Positions 14,128 to 26,840 of a DNA stretch of 64,000 bases are shown here, one piece after another. Location of the stretch: NCBI RefSeq assembly GCF_009914755.1, contig NC_060927.1. One strand, written 5' to 3'. A program made the translations under genes and the position numbers. Source of the DNA: the human T2T-CHM13v2.0 reference genome, Homo sapiens. Position 1 is the first letter of the stretch, and each line of letters opens with the position of its first letter. The notes under the pieces were generated by a model. The model saw nothing but the letters and a program-made list of their open reading frames with translations, searched no databases and had not been told where the DNA came from.

Positions 14128-14305
14128 GTATATATATATATATATACGTATATATATATATATATACGTATATATATATATATATACGTATATATATATA
14201 TACGTATATATATATGTATATATATGTGTGTGTGTATATATATATATACACACACATATATATACGTATATATATATATATATATATATACGTATATATA
14301 TATAC
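14128..14305. repeat. Compound (TA)n/TACG/(TG)/(CA) alternating purine-pyrimidine microsatellite
   Basis: Direct reading; explains the six overlapping YIYI ORFs. Confidence 0.97.
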
Positions 14306-14648
14306 TCTTAGCTTGCATTCCTGTAACTTTTCAAGGAGACTGCATAAGAGTGTGTAGATAGGGCATTGCAATCTAGTATTACTTGATAGCAGAAAAACAA
14401 CTCAAACAATATGTGGGTTATCAATAACAGGTCGCTGGAATCATTTTCTTGTAAAAATAATGTACTAAATAGCTATAGGCTTTATGAGGCCTAGAAGTCT
14501 TGGGCAAATGTCTTTAAAACTGCTGTGTTTTTTTTTTGGGAATATTTAAACTTTATATAGTTAGTAGAGAAATAAGATCATTTTTGTTTTCTTACAGAAG
14601 AAAAAATACCAGAATCATTAAAAATAAAAATAAGACAAGAGGCATCTT

Positions 14649-14922
<274 letters not shown>

Positions 14923-15294
14923 TAAAAGTATTTTAATATAAGTACTTTTACTAGGAAAACCAATTACCAGAGGAATTGGTTTACTCATAAAGTATTTGTC
15001 ATCTGCCAAATGCCTGGTAAGGTTGAGATCTTGTTCCTTCTAACTCTACAAGCATTTTTTGAGGCAATACTAATACCTTACATTTTAAAAGTCACTGTTT
15101 TCCAAAATTGCCTAATTGTGAGTACCTGATTCCTCAGGTCTTAACCAGAGATTGGGTTTAGATTAATCTCCAGTTGAACAAAAACATTTGTCTTTTACAA
15201 AACTGTCTAAAATTTTATCTTACCATCCAGCAAGTTGGAAAGCATTTTAAGGGAGATAAGTGGATAAATCTTCCCAAAGTATTTTAGATTTTTG

Positions 15295-15905
15295 TTGTGG
15301 ATAGCATGGATTGATATTCTACATTCATTCAATGTTCTTTCTAGCACACACCTTCATATAATGCCAAAGTTACAACACTAAAAACTATATTTGCAAGACC
15401 TCCTTGTTGCTAGATTTTCAGACGTAATTTAGAGTTTGCTAGTCAGAGCACTTTGGTTAGATTTGGAAAGTGGAAATGAGGAGAGATGTGGAGGCATTTG
15501 GTTGTTTGACAGCACTGTCAGCAGAGGGTCCAGTGTCCAATCACTAGCTTCACGGGTATTGAGAAGCAGGGTGAGGAATCATTCCTCTGAAGCTTCTTCT
15601 ATTTGGGACCATCTTGTTCAGATGTAACACGGTTTTGAACCAGTCAGCAGCAATGGAAATTTTCTGAATATTAGAGCTTCTAGAGCCGGTGGCCTACTCA
15701 TCATAGAAGAGGGACTGCCTCCCTTGGTGTGATAGTTTAATGGTATGTCCAAAACACATACTATTAAACTGAAAATTCAGTCTAAAATCTATTTTTTCAA
15801 CCTACCCATGTGATTCATAAGCCTGTATTTTTCTTTGATAGAGCCTTTCTCGCTTAAATGATCTAGAGTAGATTTCATTCTCTGCAACAAAAATTGGACA
15901 AATAT
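15295..15905 (+). mobile_element. ERVL LTR (LTR33-like)
   Basis: ctaaaaactatatttgcaagacctccttgttgctag...agatttggaaagtggaaatgagg and 3' end cctttctcgcttaaatgatctagagtagatttc. Confidence 0.6.
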
Positions 15906-16317
15906 AATAAAGGCTAATTAAAACTATTAATCTATTCTATTTAACCCTTCCTCTACTGTTTCCAGCATCTTGCCCTTTGGTGCAGTGGTGTCCCTTTTTA
16001 TTCAAAAGTTAGTTGACCTAATTAGAGATTCAGTTTGGAATGGTCTTCTGGGACTGAGGGAAGAAATGTCCTGCCACTGGTAATCTGATTATTTAATCAA
16101 TGTAGAAAGTTTTCAAGGTATGTAGACTTCAGTTTTGTCCCTCAATTTTAATTTTTATTTATTTGTTGAAGAGAGGTCAAAGCACACGAAAGTTAAAAAG
16201 AGATGAAAGGTGTAGAAGAGTATTTGATGAGCTAAGAAATCGTTCTTGATATATTTTTTCCTTTCAACAGCAGGCAGCAAAAATATATGCAGAAAGGATT
16301 CAATTTTTCTAAGACAA

Positions 16318-16343
16318 CATATATATGTGTGCGTGTGTGTCTA

Positions 16344-16380
<37 letters not shown>
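16318..16380. repeat. (TG)n(TA)n microsatellite
   Basis: Direct reading of the sequence. Confidence 0.9.
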
Positions 16381-19300
16381 TTGTTTATTTAAAAAGACTG
16401 GAAGATGCAGCCAAATATTATTAACAGTAGTTATCATTAGGTGGTAGGATTGTAGGTGGTTTTAATTGGAGCATTTTGCCCTAGTAATAATTCTTTTTTC
16501 TTCTTCTGGAGAATGCTACTAGTGAAAGGTGATCCAATGCTGTAGGTTGTCTTTAGTATAGTATAGATGTGTTTAATTTATTCTATATGCAATATAAAAT
16601 GATTCAATGGGAGCATCCTGAGCTACTGTCACCAGTACAATGTTTAATGGTGTTAACTAGGAAGAGACAAGGCACTGAAAAAAAAATGGGGGATTTGTTT
16701 TCAGTTCAGACCTAAGCAGGAAGAGTCTTTCCACCTAAAGGCTTGAAAAATTGTTTTTCCTAATATCAGAACCTGAATACAGAATGCTCTTATCACTGAA
16801 AACAAAAATAAAAGCCTCAGCCTCCACAGATTAGAGGACTGAGCTGAAGCTTTATATAGCTTTTCTAAATGAATGAGCGTATATAGTTCAGTACTAAAGA
16901 ATACATTTTGAAAAAGTGAACAATAAAAGGTTTAAACTTTGTTATGGAGCCTTGAGAGAAAACACAGCATCACAGTACAGAAATGGAAGGCCTGGAATCT
17001 TCACTTTGAATGCTAACACAAAGATGAGTCTCCAGATGAAGCATGAGAAAACTCTCATGTCTCAAAGAGTAGCCAATTATTAATTTGTTTTTGAGAGAGA
17101 GAAAATGAGACAGTGTCAGGCTTTTCTTTCTCTGATGTGGTATATACAATTCTGAGTAAAATGGGTTTCAAATTCTTCTAACAGTCATTCTTCGCAAATT
17201 ATTTAGACATTTCCAGGTAGTCCCAAGATGAGAATCTGTCTTAGCATTTTCCATATAAAAATAACTAGCATAACTTAATCCTTTTCTATTAGAGTCAAAA
17301 TTCTGGTATTCAAACTAAGAAAAATCAGGCAAGGAACATCCTCTCCAAATGCTGTTATAAGAAGGGTTATTTTCGTCTGGGTGTGCTATGTATTACAAAC
17401 GCATTAATTCAAGAACATTATGTCTCTTGGTAATCTGTGATCAATTCAAGTGTATTTTGAGGCATTTGGCCAAGATAAAACGAAGGGGAAAACAACAATA
17501 GGAATTAATACACAATGGAATTAAAATATTGATCCCAAAATTATAAGTTTCACACTCTGTTTAACTAAGCTAGTCAGATGTGATTTTCTCACATAAAGTG
17601 GAGGTTGCCATATATTTTTAAATTGAATAATATAGACTGAAAAGGTCTGAGAAGTACAACAATATTTCATCTCACCTTTTTGGGGATCTAACTTTTTATA
17701 AGAAAAGTGATGAAGCTTGGTAAGAAATGCAGAAGCTTTCAAAACTTTTAGGGCCTACAACTATATTGTATATGTGTTGCATGAGGAAGACCTTAAAACT
17801 TGGAAGTTTGGAATTTCCTGAGACTTTAGAGGTTTCTCTTCCTAGAATTGCTTTTGCTTAGAGATCCCTTTGGACCCCTTAGTATTGAAGAGCCCAGATA
17901 GATCCCAGAAAGAAAACTAGATGTTGGCTGTCCAGAAAGGAAATTCCTTCCTTTTCCATACAGGTATATATTAAAGTCTGTGAGAGTTAAAAACGAAGCA
18001 GGGATTCAAAGCAGTCTCTTGCTTAGAAATAAAGAGAGTGCATATAACTGAAGTTTTCTTCAAATGATATTTGACAAACAGGCATAGAAGGTTGAAAAGT
18101 GAAGCTGCCCAAATCCCAGTTACAGGCCTATGTGAAGTGTCACTATGCACCATTAAACACCAGGTGGCTTTCTCCTTCTGGTGCCTTATGGTGGTTTCAG
18201 GATGTGGGCAGTGCTTCCTGATGTGATCCTATGCACCTTCTCTGCTTTCTATGCTCTGGGTAACATCTATCTCTCACGCCCCAACTGGGGTTGGATCAAG
18301 CCACTGCCAAAAACACTGGGCATGGTGCCAATCTGTAAGTTTGGTTTTAAAATGTAAATGACTTAAATTTTCAGAGAAATATTTTATCACCTTACATTAA
18401 CTGAAACTACTGAAATTACAAATAATGTAAAATATAACACTAGAAGATGGAGACATCTACATTCAGAATGCTTAAAACAATAACTACACAATGCTAGATA
18501 ACTTCTAGAATAGAAATGACAATAATAGCAACCACATTGAAAATAGCAACAATAACTATATTAATCCCCTTTAGGGTCTATTCTGCTGCCTACTGTGGTA
18601 GTATACTGTTCTTTTTCTGAACTACCTCAGAACATTTAACCCATTTCACCCACTATATAAAAGCATTTACTATTTTCAAATTATCCATTCACGTTGTTCC
18701 TTCAAAATTCAATATAATTTTCCTTGATTCCTTTGATATTTTCTTTGTATGCTAATTCAAAACACTCTAATTTTTTTATTACCAACAGAAATTCTGAGAA
18801 ACAAAAAGTTCTTCCTCTAGCACTAGTGGCCTCACGGCCATGTCAACATTGTTTTGGTCCCCATAGGAATTTTCCAGATTACGCAACTCATAGAGCACTG
18901 ATGGAGTGCAACATGTTAAGTTGTAAAATTTGGATATCTCATTACCTCCCCCCCATCTTATTTATTTTATGATTACGTCTAGCTTCCCATTATTTTTCCT
19001 CTATTGACTATGTTCTGTAGCTTTCATATTTGTCCGTTAGTAACTTTCTAATATATTCCTCTCATAGTTAGCTTCTACATCCCTACCTTGCAGTAAAGCT
19101 TCTCCAGGTTTTTTCTTGACAATTCTTGCATCTTTCCTTGTATTGTCATATCTCTTCTTCTCCTTTGCTCTCACTCACTCCTTCCAGCATATTCATGCTT
19201 TGCTGCTTCAATGTCCCCCTTCTGTTCATCTCCATTTCCTGCCTGGACTCAGCTTCACTCACCCCCTGTGCCAGTGAGCTCTCTACGACCTTCCAAATAA

Positions 19301-19769
19301 AACTCTTCTGAAAATGACTTCTGTTTTAGTCTTGAGTTATCTGGGGACTGCAGAGCTAGGTGGGACCAGTTCCAACCTTGGAGGTGGTAAGCCCATCAAG
19401 TATTCCAACAAGGAGCAATGACAACTGAGACTGGTTTTGGTAGGAACAGGTAATGCAAAGGCAGTAAGAATGCAGTATGAACACTACTGCTCAGATCACA
19501 AGAAGAGAGGCATTAAAAGGGGATAAATAGACAAGACACGATGCAGGGTGAGCACGAGAGAGGCTGTCATGCCTGTGTTACCTGGTGGTTCAGATCAGGA
19601 AGAAAGACAATGTGCATGCCACAAGTGTCTGGGAGCACTACCAAATATAGATTCAGGCTGTGAAAAATGAGTAGAGGGGAAGAACAACTGAGCTTAACTG
19701 GATTCTTTCTCGGGGAAGAACACGTGAGTAACTGCAGCTTACCTGAAGTAGTGATCACTTGCCAACCAC

Positions 19770-19975
19770 TGTGGTTAGCACTTTATGTACGTCATCTCAT
19801 TTAATCCTCAAAGCATCCCCATGAGGCAGACACTATTTTGTAACTGCATTGTACAGCTAAAACCCAAAGGTCTAAAGAGGTTGAATAACTACATTAACAA
19901 CTTGTGAGTGGTAGAGATAAAACCTGAACGCAGGCTCTCTGACTCCAGAGGGCATACTGCTAGCCACTACTATAC
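19770..19975 (-). mobile_element. MIR SINE
   Basis: agcactttatgtacgtcatctcatttaatcctca...agaggttgaataact...tctgactccagag. Confidence 0.8.
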
Positions 19976-20949
19976 TATACCTGGTGGTAGTGAGCACGAT
20001 AGGTCAGTTTGAGACAAAATAAAAGCAGATGAGGGGAGAGCAGTACAATCTGAGGACACTGTCGCAGGGGTGGTTGGTCCCGTTTTTCTCTGGCTTTCTG
20101 ATAATTGTTGAGCATTTGCTTCAGAAAATGGCCAACCTTCAGTGACTAACAGAAAAGCACAGTGAGAAAAAGAATATTCTTCTAATAAGTTATAGAGGAG
20201 CCAGACTGATAATGTAATAAAATTTTTATTGTCCCTTTTCTCACATACCTCTGGGATCCAAAAAATTGATTGATTGTGATTTTATTACTTTCTTAAATGA
20301 GATATTGTATTTTTGTAGCCTTTAATTACTTCATTAAGATGACTTTAAAACCATGCTTGTATGATTTTCAATTACACTTTCTAATCACAAAAAAAAAAAA
20401 TAAAAGAACTGGAACTGGTTCAGATTTAAAAGAAAAGTCAGAACAGCCTACCCAGTGTGGCCTTTCAGCTGCCTATGTGCTTGGCATTATCTTCATGGAC
20501 TATAACTGAATTTGTCACCGCGTTTCCAAAACTATCTTAAGTGTGAACTATCTCCTCGCCTTTCTTCTCCTTTCATTTGCAAAGAAGATAATGTGGTGCA
20601 TTAGCATAGGATAAAAAAAAAACTTGTCCTTATACCAAAATGGCAAGTAGAACAAGTGTCCAGAGGAAGAATGATGTCAACATCTTTGGTTTTTTTCAAG
20701 TGCTGTAAGTCTGATTTTTTTTTTTTTTTTCTTAATCTTTTGAATTTGCTCTGTCGCTTCGTTGGCAAATTCTTGTTAACAAAACTGCCCAAGTGGGGAA
20801 TAGAATTAACAAGAAGGGGAATTGATGGGTCTTCTTTAATTATCATCAGAAAAAGAAGTATACACATAAAGAGTGCAGAATCTGGAGTGATTCTTTTCTA
20901 AATCATTGTAACCATAATCAGATAATGTCTTAACTTTCTGACAGAATAA

Positions 20950-21480
20950 CATGCATTTAGTCATTCAACATATATTAACTGTGCGACTCATAAGCACAAG
21001 GTACTACTATAATAATATGAAGATGAATATGTTCTAGTTTTCATGCTAAAGGAGACTGGAGCCTGGTAGGAGAGAGAAAGCCAAGATGGCACACTTACTG
21101 GGAATATAAGTGAAATGTCAACCAGGGTGAGTGGAGGAGGATTACAAGAAACTGCTAGGAGTTCATAAGATGGTATGACAATGCAATAATACTTTGGCTG
21201 GAGTGGTATAGTGTAGTAATGCTTCATGGAAGAACTCATTTTTGAGCATGGCTTTGAAGAGTGGGTTGAATTTAGACATGTGATTATGTCTAGGTGTTGG
21301 GAATAGTGTAAAGGAAGACACTGAGGCAAGGCCTTTAACACTGTTGAGGAGCAACAGCCATTTAGTTTTGCCTGATATTCCAGTGTGTAAGGAGGAATGA
21401 AGGCAGATAAGACTGTTGAGGTCTGATGGGGTGAGTTCATAGCATTTCTTGGACCTAGAACTAAAGAAAGATGATCCATC
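20950..21480 (-). mobile_element. L2 LINE fragment
   Basis: Starts tcattcaacatatatt (antisense L2 3' end); gcttcatggaagaactcatttttgagcatggctttgaag. Confidence 0.6.
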
Positions 21481-22374
21481 CTCTAACTTAGGCAACCCCA
21501 GTGCTAAGACAGTTCACATTACAATGCAAGCGAAAACTTCCCAATGCTTGGATTCCTCTACTCTCTGGCTAGGAAGACTTCATTAATTTAAACACTTATT
21601 CCTAAAATTTTATTTTTCAAGAGCATTTTCTATTGATGAAATAATGATTATAGAAATTATCTTTCAGGTTGGTTTGTACATACTTCCACCCAGGCCATTT
21701 GACTGTTTAATTTCACCATCAGCTTCAGTGTCTTTTACCCTATTAGTAGTGGGATGAATAAGTCCAAGATTCTAAGATACACAGGAAGAGTTGGCTACCA
21801 AATAGGAAGTCTGATAACTTTATGAAGCTTATTTCAGAACATCCAAATGGCAACCTCTGGTCACTTAGAAGGCAAGAAAAACCTAGCTTAAAATCAAAAT
21901 ATATGGTTGATGACTAAGGTTTAATACTCATAATCATAAGGAGTTTGAACCAGATGGGACCTTAAAGATAGTCAAGTCCTGTGGTTCCAGATCTTTATAG
22001 ACTCCTATTTTTTCAAAAGACCTACTAAGGTAGTGAAGAGGATCATAATCTGTTTCTAATATTTCAAAGCCCTAGTAGAAATTAAGCCTCTCATGGATCA
22101 TGAAAATAGCAACCATATTATCAAATAAATAACTTTTTTGTTATCTTTTCTGCTGTTTTTGCTCTTTTAATATATATTCAATAAAAACATTCTTAATGAA
22201 TAAAAATGAAAAAAATAAATTATTGATTGATTTTCATAAGCCAAATATTTCTAAATAAAATATATGGGAATAAGTAATAAAAAGAACTCCTTGTGTTGAA
22301 CATACCACAGCTACATTTAATTCAATTTTCAAATTATATAGATGGAGGAACTGAGATCTAAAGAAACAGAGACT

Positions 22375-22600
22375 ATCCATGTAACCAAATGCCGCTTGTT
22401 CCTCAAAAACTATTGAAATAGAAATAAATTTACTGAAATTTGTTTTATGGACCAGAATATAATCAATCTTGATAAATGATCCACGTGCACTTGGAAATAA
22501 TATGTGTTCTGTTGTTGGGTGGAGTGTTTTATAAATGTCAACTAAATCAAGTTGATGGTTCAAGTAAAAAATAAATAAATAAATAATAAATAAATAAATA
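22375..22600 (+). mobile_element. 5'-truncated L1PB-like 3' end plus an antisense L1M fragment and (TAAA)n tail, inserted in a MIR
   Basis: atccatgtaaccaaa...ctattgaaata (L1PB-type terminus); 22429-22560 antisense L1 ORF2 endonuclease-region sequence; TSD acagagact/acagacact. Confidence 0.7.
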
Positions 22601-23719
22601 CAGACACTTGCCAAAGATCATATAATTAATTAGTGATTCGGGTAGGATGAGAACCTAGATCTTATAAATGCCAAATCAACATTCTTTCTACAATAGCATG
22701 CTACTAGGTGAACTGCCTCAGAAGATCCCAGAGTGGAAGGTAGGAGAGATTTGGTCCAGGGACCATAGATTGTAAGATATAAGATCATGTCAGCTATTTA
22801 TTTTTGTGTTGTAGAGAATTTTACTCATCAAAAATGTAAAACAATAAAATAACATATTTGGTTTACTGTTTCTCTAAAACAGTCTCCAAAGTAGCTGACA
22901 TGTCTGAAGAGTCTGGTTTATTGACTTGTAATAAATTAGCTAATATACTATTTACTGTTTCAACATACCCCTAAAACACACATGAGAAGGACTTTTACTC
23001 ATTTTATAAATATTAGAGCCGAGGTCTGGAAAACAGTGTTTTTCCAAAAACTGTCAGCAGTGAGGCTGGGATTAGGCCATAGGGCTCTTGAACTTTATTC
23101 TCAATATATATTCCAGTTTCTTGGAAACCAATTTCATCAGTTTGACTGCAAGCTGTTCCTGGAAACGGCAACAAGCAGTTGAAGGAAGTCAGGAGATATA
23201 AGGGAAGTACAAAGCTATATAAGGATTTTTAACATATTATACTTTTGTTTTGAGGTCTTCCCTCCATCAACTTGAATAATTGAGACCTGTCAGTGATATA
23301 CTCTCTAATTCCCAGATGCATTGTGATCAATTTATTAGCAGTCAAATGTGTTGGAAACCATAAGGTGCCATATCAGTGCTGATAAATATTAAGAGAGAAG
23401 GATAATGCATATCCCAGACAGTATAGGCTCCACTGGAACTGACATCAGAGGCCTGTGCCCTTTACTCTGATTGTTATTCTGATCTGAATGTCATTAAGGA
23501 GAGTCTAGTTCAGGTCAATAGATGGCCAAGAGTTCTAACTCCTGTCAATTCCAATGATGGTTTTAGATAGGAAAAATACTACTTACCTCTACTGTAATAA
23601 AAATACAGATTTTCCCTTCATGTTTTCTAGCCATGTCAATCAATGTCTTTATTTAACCTTTCTGCATCATCTTATATACATCCATTTGTGCAACAGGAGG
23701 CATGCCTGTTACGGGAGAC

Positions 23720-24032
23720 TCTAATATTGCGAGTTGGGGTGTTAAAGTCTCCCACTATTTTTGTGTGGGGGTTTATATCCCTTAGAAGGTCTCCAAGAAC
23801 TTGCTTTATGCATCTGGGTGCTCCTGTGTTGGGTGCATATATATTTAGGATAATTAGCTTTACTTGTTGAATTGAACCCTTTTCCATTATGTAAAGTCTT
23901 TCTTTGTCTTTTTTGATCTTTATTGGTTTAGCGACTGTTTTGTTTGAAACTAGGATTGGAACACCTACTTTTTTCTGTTTTCCATTTGCTTGGTAGATTT
24001 TTCTCCATCCCTTTATTTTAAGCCTATATGTG
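23720..24032 (-). mobile_element. L1PA ORF2 endonuclease fragment (inverted part)
   Basis: Translation KGSIQQ..IILNIYAPNTGAPR.IKQVL.DL.RD...TKIVGDFNTP matches the L1 ORF2 APE endonuclease. Confidence 0.92.
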
Positions 24033-24033
24033 G

Positions 24034-24933
24034 ACTGACATTCTTTGCAGAACTAGAAAAATCTATTTAAAAATTCATATGGAACCAAAAAAGAGCCAGA
24101 ATAACCAAGACATATACAAAAATTAACTCAAGATGGATTAAAGACTTAAATGTAAAACCCAAAACTATAAAAACCCTGGAAGACAACTTAGGCAATACCA
24201 TTCAGGACATAGGCACAGGCAAAGATTTCATGACAAAGACACCAAAAATAATTGCAACAAAAGGAAAAATTGACAAATGGGATCTAATTAAACTAAAGAG
24301 CTTCTGCACAGAAAAAGAAACTATCAACAGAGTAAACAGACAACCTATAGAATGGGAGAAATTTTTTGCAAACTATGCATCTGACAAAGGTCTAACACCT
24401 AGCATCTATAAGGAACTTAAACAAATTTACAAGAAAAAAACAAAAAAGCCTCAGTAAAAAGAGGGCAAAGGACATGAACAGACACTTTTCAAAAGAAGAC
24501 ATACCTGCAGCCAACAATCTTGTGAAAAAAAGCTTAACATCACTGATCATTAGAGAAATGCAAATCAAAACCTCAATGAGACACTGTCTCACACTAGTCA
24601 GAATACCTATTTTTAAAAAGTCAAAAAATAACAGATGCTGGCGAAGTTGTGGAGAAAAAGGAACACTTACACTGTTGGTAGGAGTGTAAATTAATTCAAC
24701 CATTGTGGAAGACTGGCAATTGCTCAAAGACATAAAGACAAAACTACCATTTGACCCAGCAATCCCATTATTGGGTATACACCCAAGGGAATATAAACTG
24801 TTCTATTAGAAAGACACATACACACATACATTCATTGGAGCACAATTCACAATAGCAAAGACATGGAACCAACACAAATGCCCATCAGTGATAGACTGGA
24901 TAAAGAAAATGTGGTGCATATACACCATGGAAT
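24034..24933 (+). mobile_element. L1PA (roughly PA8-PA13) ORF2 C-terminal fragment with an internal deletion and no 3' end
   Basis: Translations [25 protein letters not shown] and MNRHFSKEDI...REMQIKT...RCWR.CGEKGTL match L1 ORF2; disrupted by stops and frameshifts. Confidence 0.95.
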
Positions 24934-25495
24934 TCTTTTAAATATTAATTAGCAAGTGACATGTATTTGGGTCAATCAATGCTTTTCCAAATGTGCATCA
25001 AATGCTATAAAGGCATATTTTTTGTCTTAATCACAGTATCAGAATAAATAGGTATTCATCAACGTGAGAATGTGGTATCTGTTACTATGGTGAACGCTCA
25101 GGAGTTAGGAATTTTTAAGTGTGGATAACTATGCAAATTGCCCATGCTGTACTGATAAGACATATTCATTAAAATAACATATGTTTAATAATAACACTTA
25201 TCTATTAATAAGCAATAGCTATGTAAGTGAGAACAAGGTGTTATGCAACATGAACTTCCAGGCAAAAGCTGCCATCCTTGCTACTAAGTGTATCTCATAG
25301 ACATATAGACTGAAGGACATACTGAATGTAATTTTTCATTTAAGAACTCACCAAACTGCTCCCAAACATGTTAGGGGGATAGCTATCAGAGTAAGGGTAT
25401 TCTATACTGCAACTCTACTTTCATATCTACTCCCCTTTAACAACTGCTCTTTCCAAGGAAAGTTAAGCTTTATTAGTCTAATATGATTTTTCTTT

Positions 25496-25803
<308 letters not shown>

Positions 25804-26149
25804 ATGATTTTTCTTTAACATGACTTTTCTTCTAAGCAAAAGCATCAATAGACCCAAAGTAGATCCATTAGTATACTTGCACTGGCAACAAAGTTCTACT
25901 TTTAATATTTAGTATTTATCTCTTAGATTGTAAAACCCAACTAAAACCAAGGATACAAAGTGGCTTCTTTACTGCTATCTGTACAAGTTTAAGTAAACTG
26001 AAAATAAATTTAAGTAAATTGGGTAGTGTTTCCATGAACAAAAGTCAAGAAAATGTATAAATGAGAATGGGCTTTCTTGAAACCAATAAAAATGTGTAGC
26101 ATGATGAATAACATGAGGTGATATGTCTACTAATCCTTTATCAAAGTAG

Positions 26150-26390
26150 AGATAAAAGTTTGGGCCTTGGAGTCAGATAACCTGTGTTCAATCATATTTT
26201 CACTACTTCTAAGCTATGTGACCTTGAACAAATTATATCACTTCTCTAACCTTCAGTTTCCATACCTATGAAGTGGGAACAATGGTAAGATCTAGCTCAT
26301 AGAATTGTTGAGAAAATTATATGTAGCGATAGTCATAATGTACTCAGCATAGTGCTTGACATTGAGTAAGCACTCCTTAAATATTACATT
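26150..26390 (+). mobile_element. MIR SINE
   Basis: tgggccttggagtcagataacctg...tgtgaccttgaacaaatt...cttcagtttcc...agcatagtgcttgacattgagtaagcactc. Confidence 0.85.
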
Positions 26391-26441
26391 ATAAGCAATG
26401 TTTATTAGTTTACATAGAGGTAATATAGTCTAAAAAAATCA

Positions 26442-26840
26442 GTATATTCAATGTTTAATTCCCAACTGTAAGTGAGAACAGGCAGTAGTTAGGTTTCTGT
26501 TCCTGTGTTAGTTTGCTTAGGATAATGGCCTCCAGCTGCATCCATATTGCGGCAAATGAAACCAATCTGTTCTTCTTTAATGGTTGCATAGTATTCCAAG
26601 GTGTATAGGTAATACCACATAGACACTAGGGACTGATTGAAGGAGGAGGGTGGTGGGAGAGGACTGTGGGTTGGAAGGCTACCTATCAGGTACTACCTTC
26701 ACTACCTGAGTCATGGGATCATTCATACACCAAGCCTCAGTGATGTACAATTGACTCATGTTACAAACCTGCACATGTATCCCCAGAACCTAAAATCAAA
26801 GCAGAAGAAGAAAAAAGTAAGAAGTAAAAAAAAAGAAGAA
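26442..26840 (+). mobile_element. L1PA15/16-like 3' end with 5' inversion (26442-26607 antisense, 26608-26840 sense)
   Basis: Antisense gtgagaaca...ggataatggcctccagctgcatcc...gtattcca; sense atagacactaggg...aaacctgcacatgtatccc and A-rich tail. Confidence 0.88.

Noticed and set aside
14131-14210. Regularly spaced repeats as a CRISPR-like or designed array
   Set aside because: No unique spacers; simple microsatellite in eukaryotic DNA
13984-14371. Six overlapping Tyr/Ile-rich ORFs on both strands
   Set aside because: Translations of a stop-free (TA)n microsatellite
20988-21495. Longest ORF (163 aa) and an overlapping 110-aa ORF
   Set aside because: Lie within a decayed L2, with no recognisable domain or exon structure
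23672-24733. ORFs with real L1 ORF2 similarity
   Set aside because: Fragmented, frameshifted retrotransposon remnants, not a functional gene
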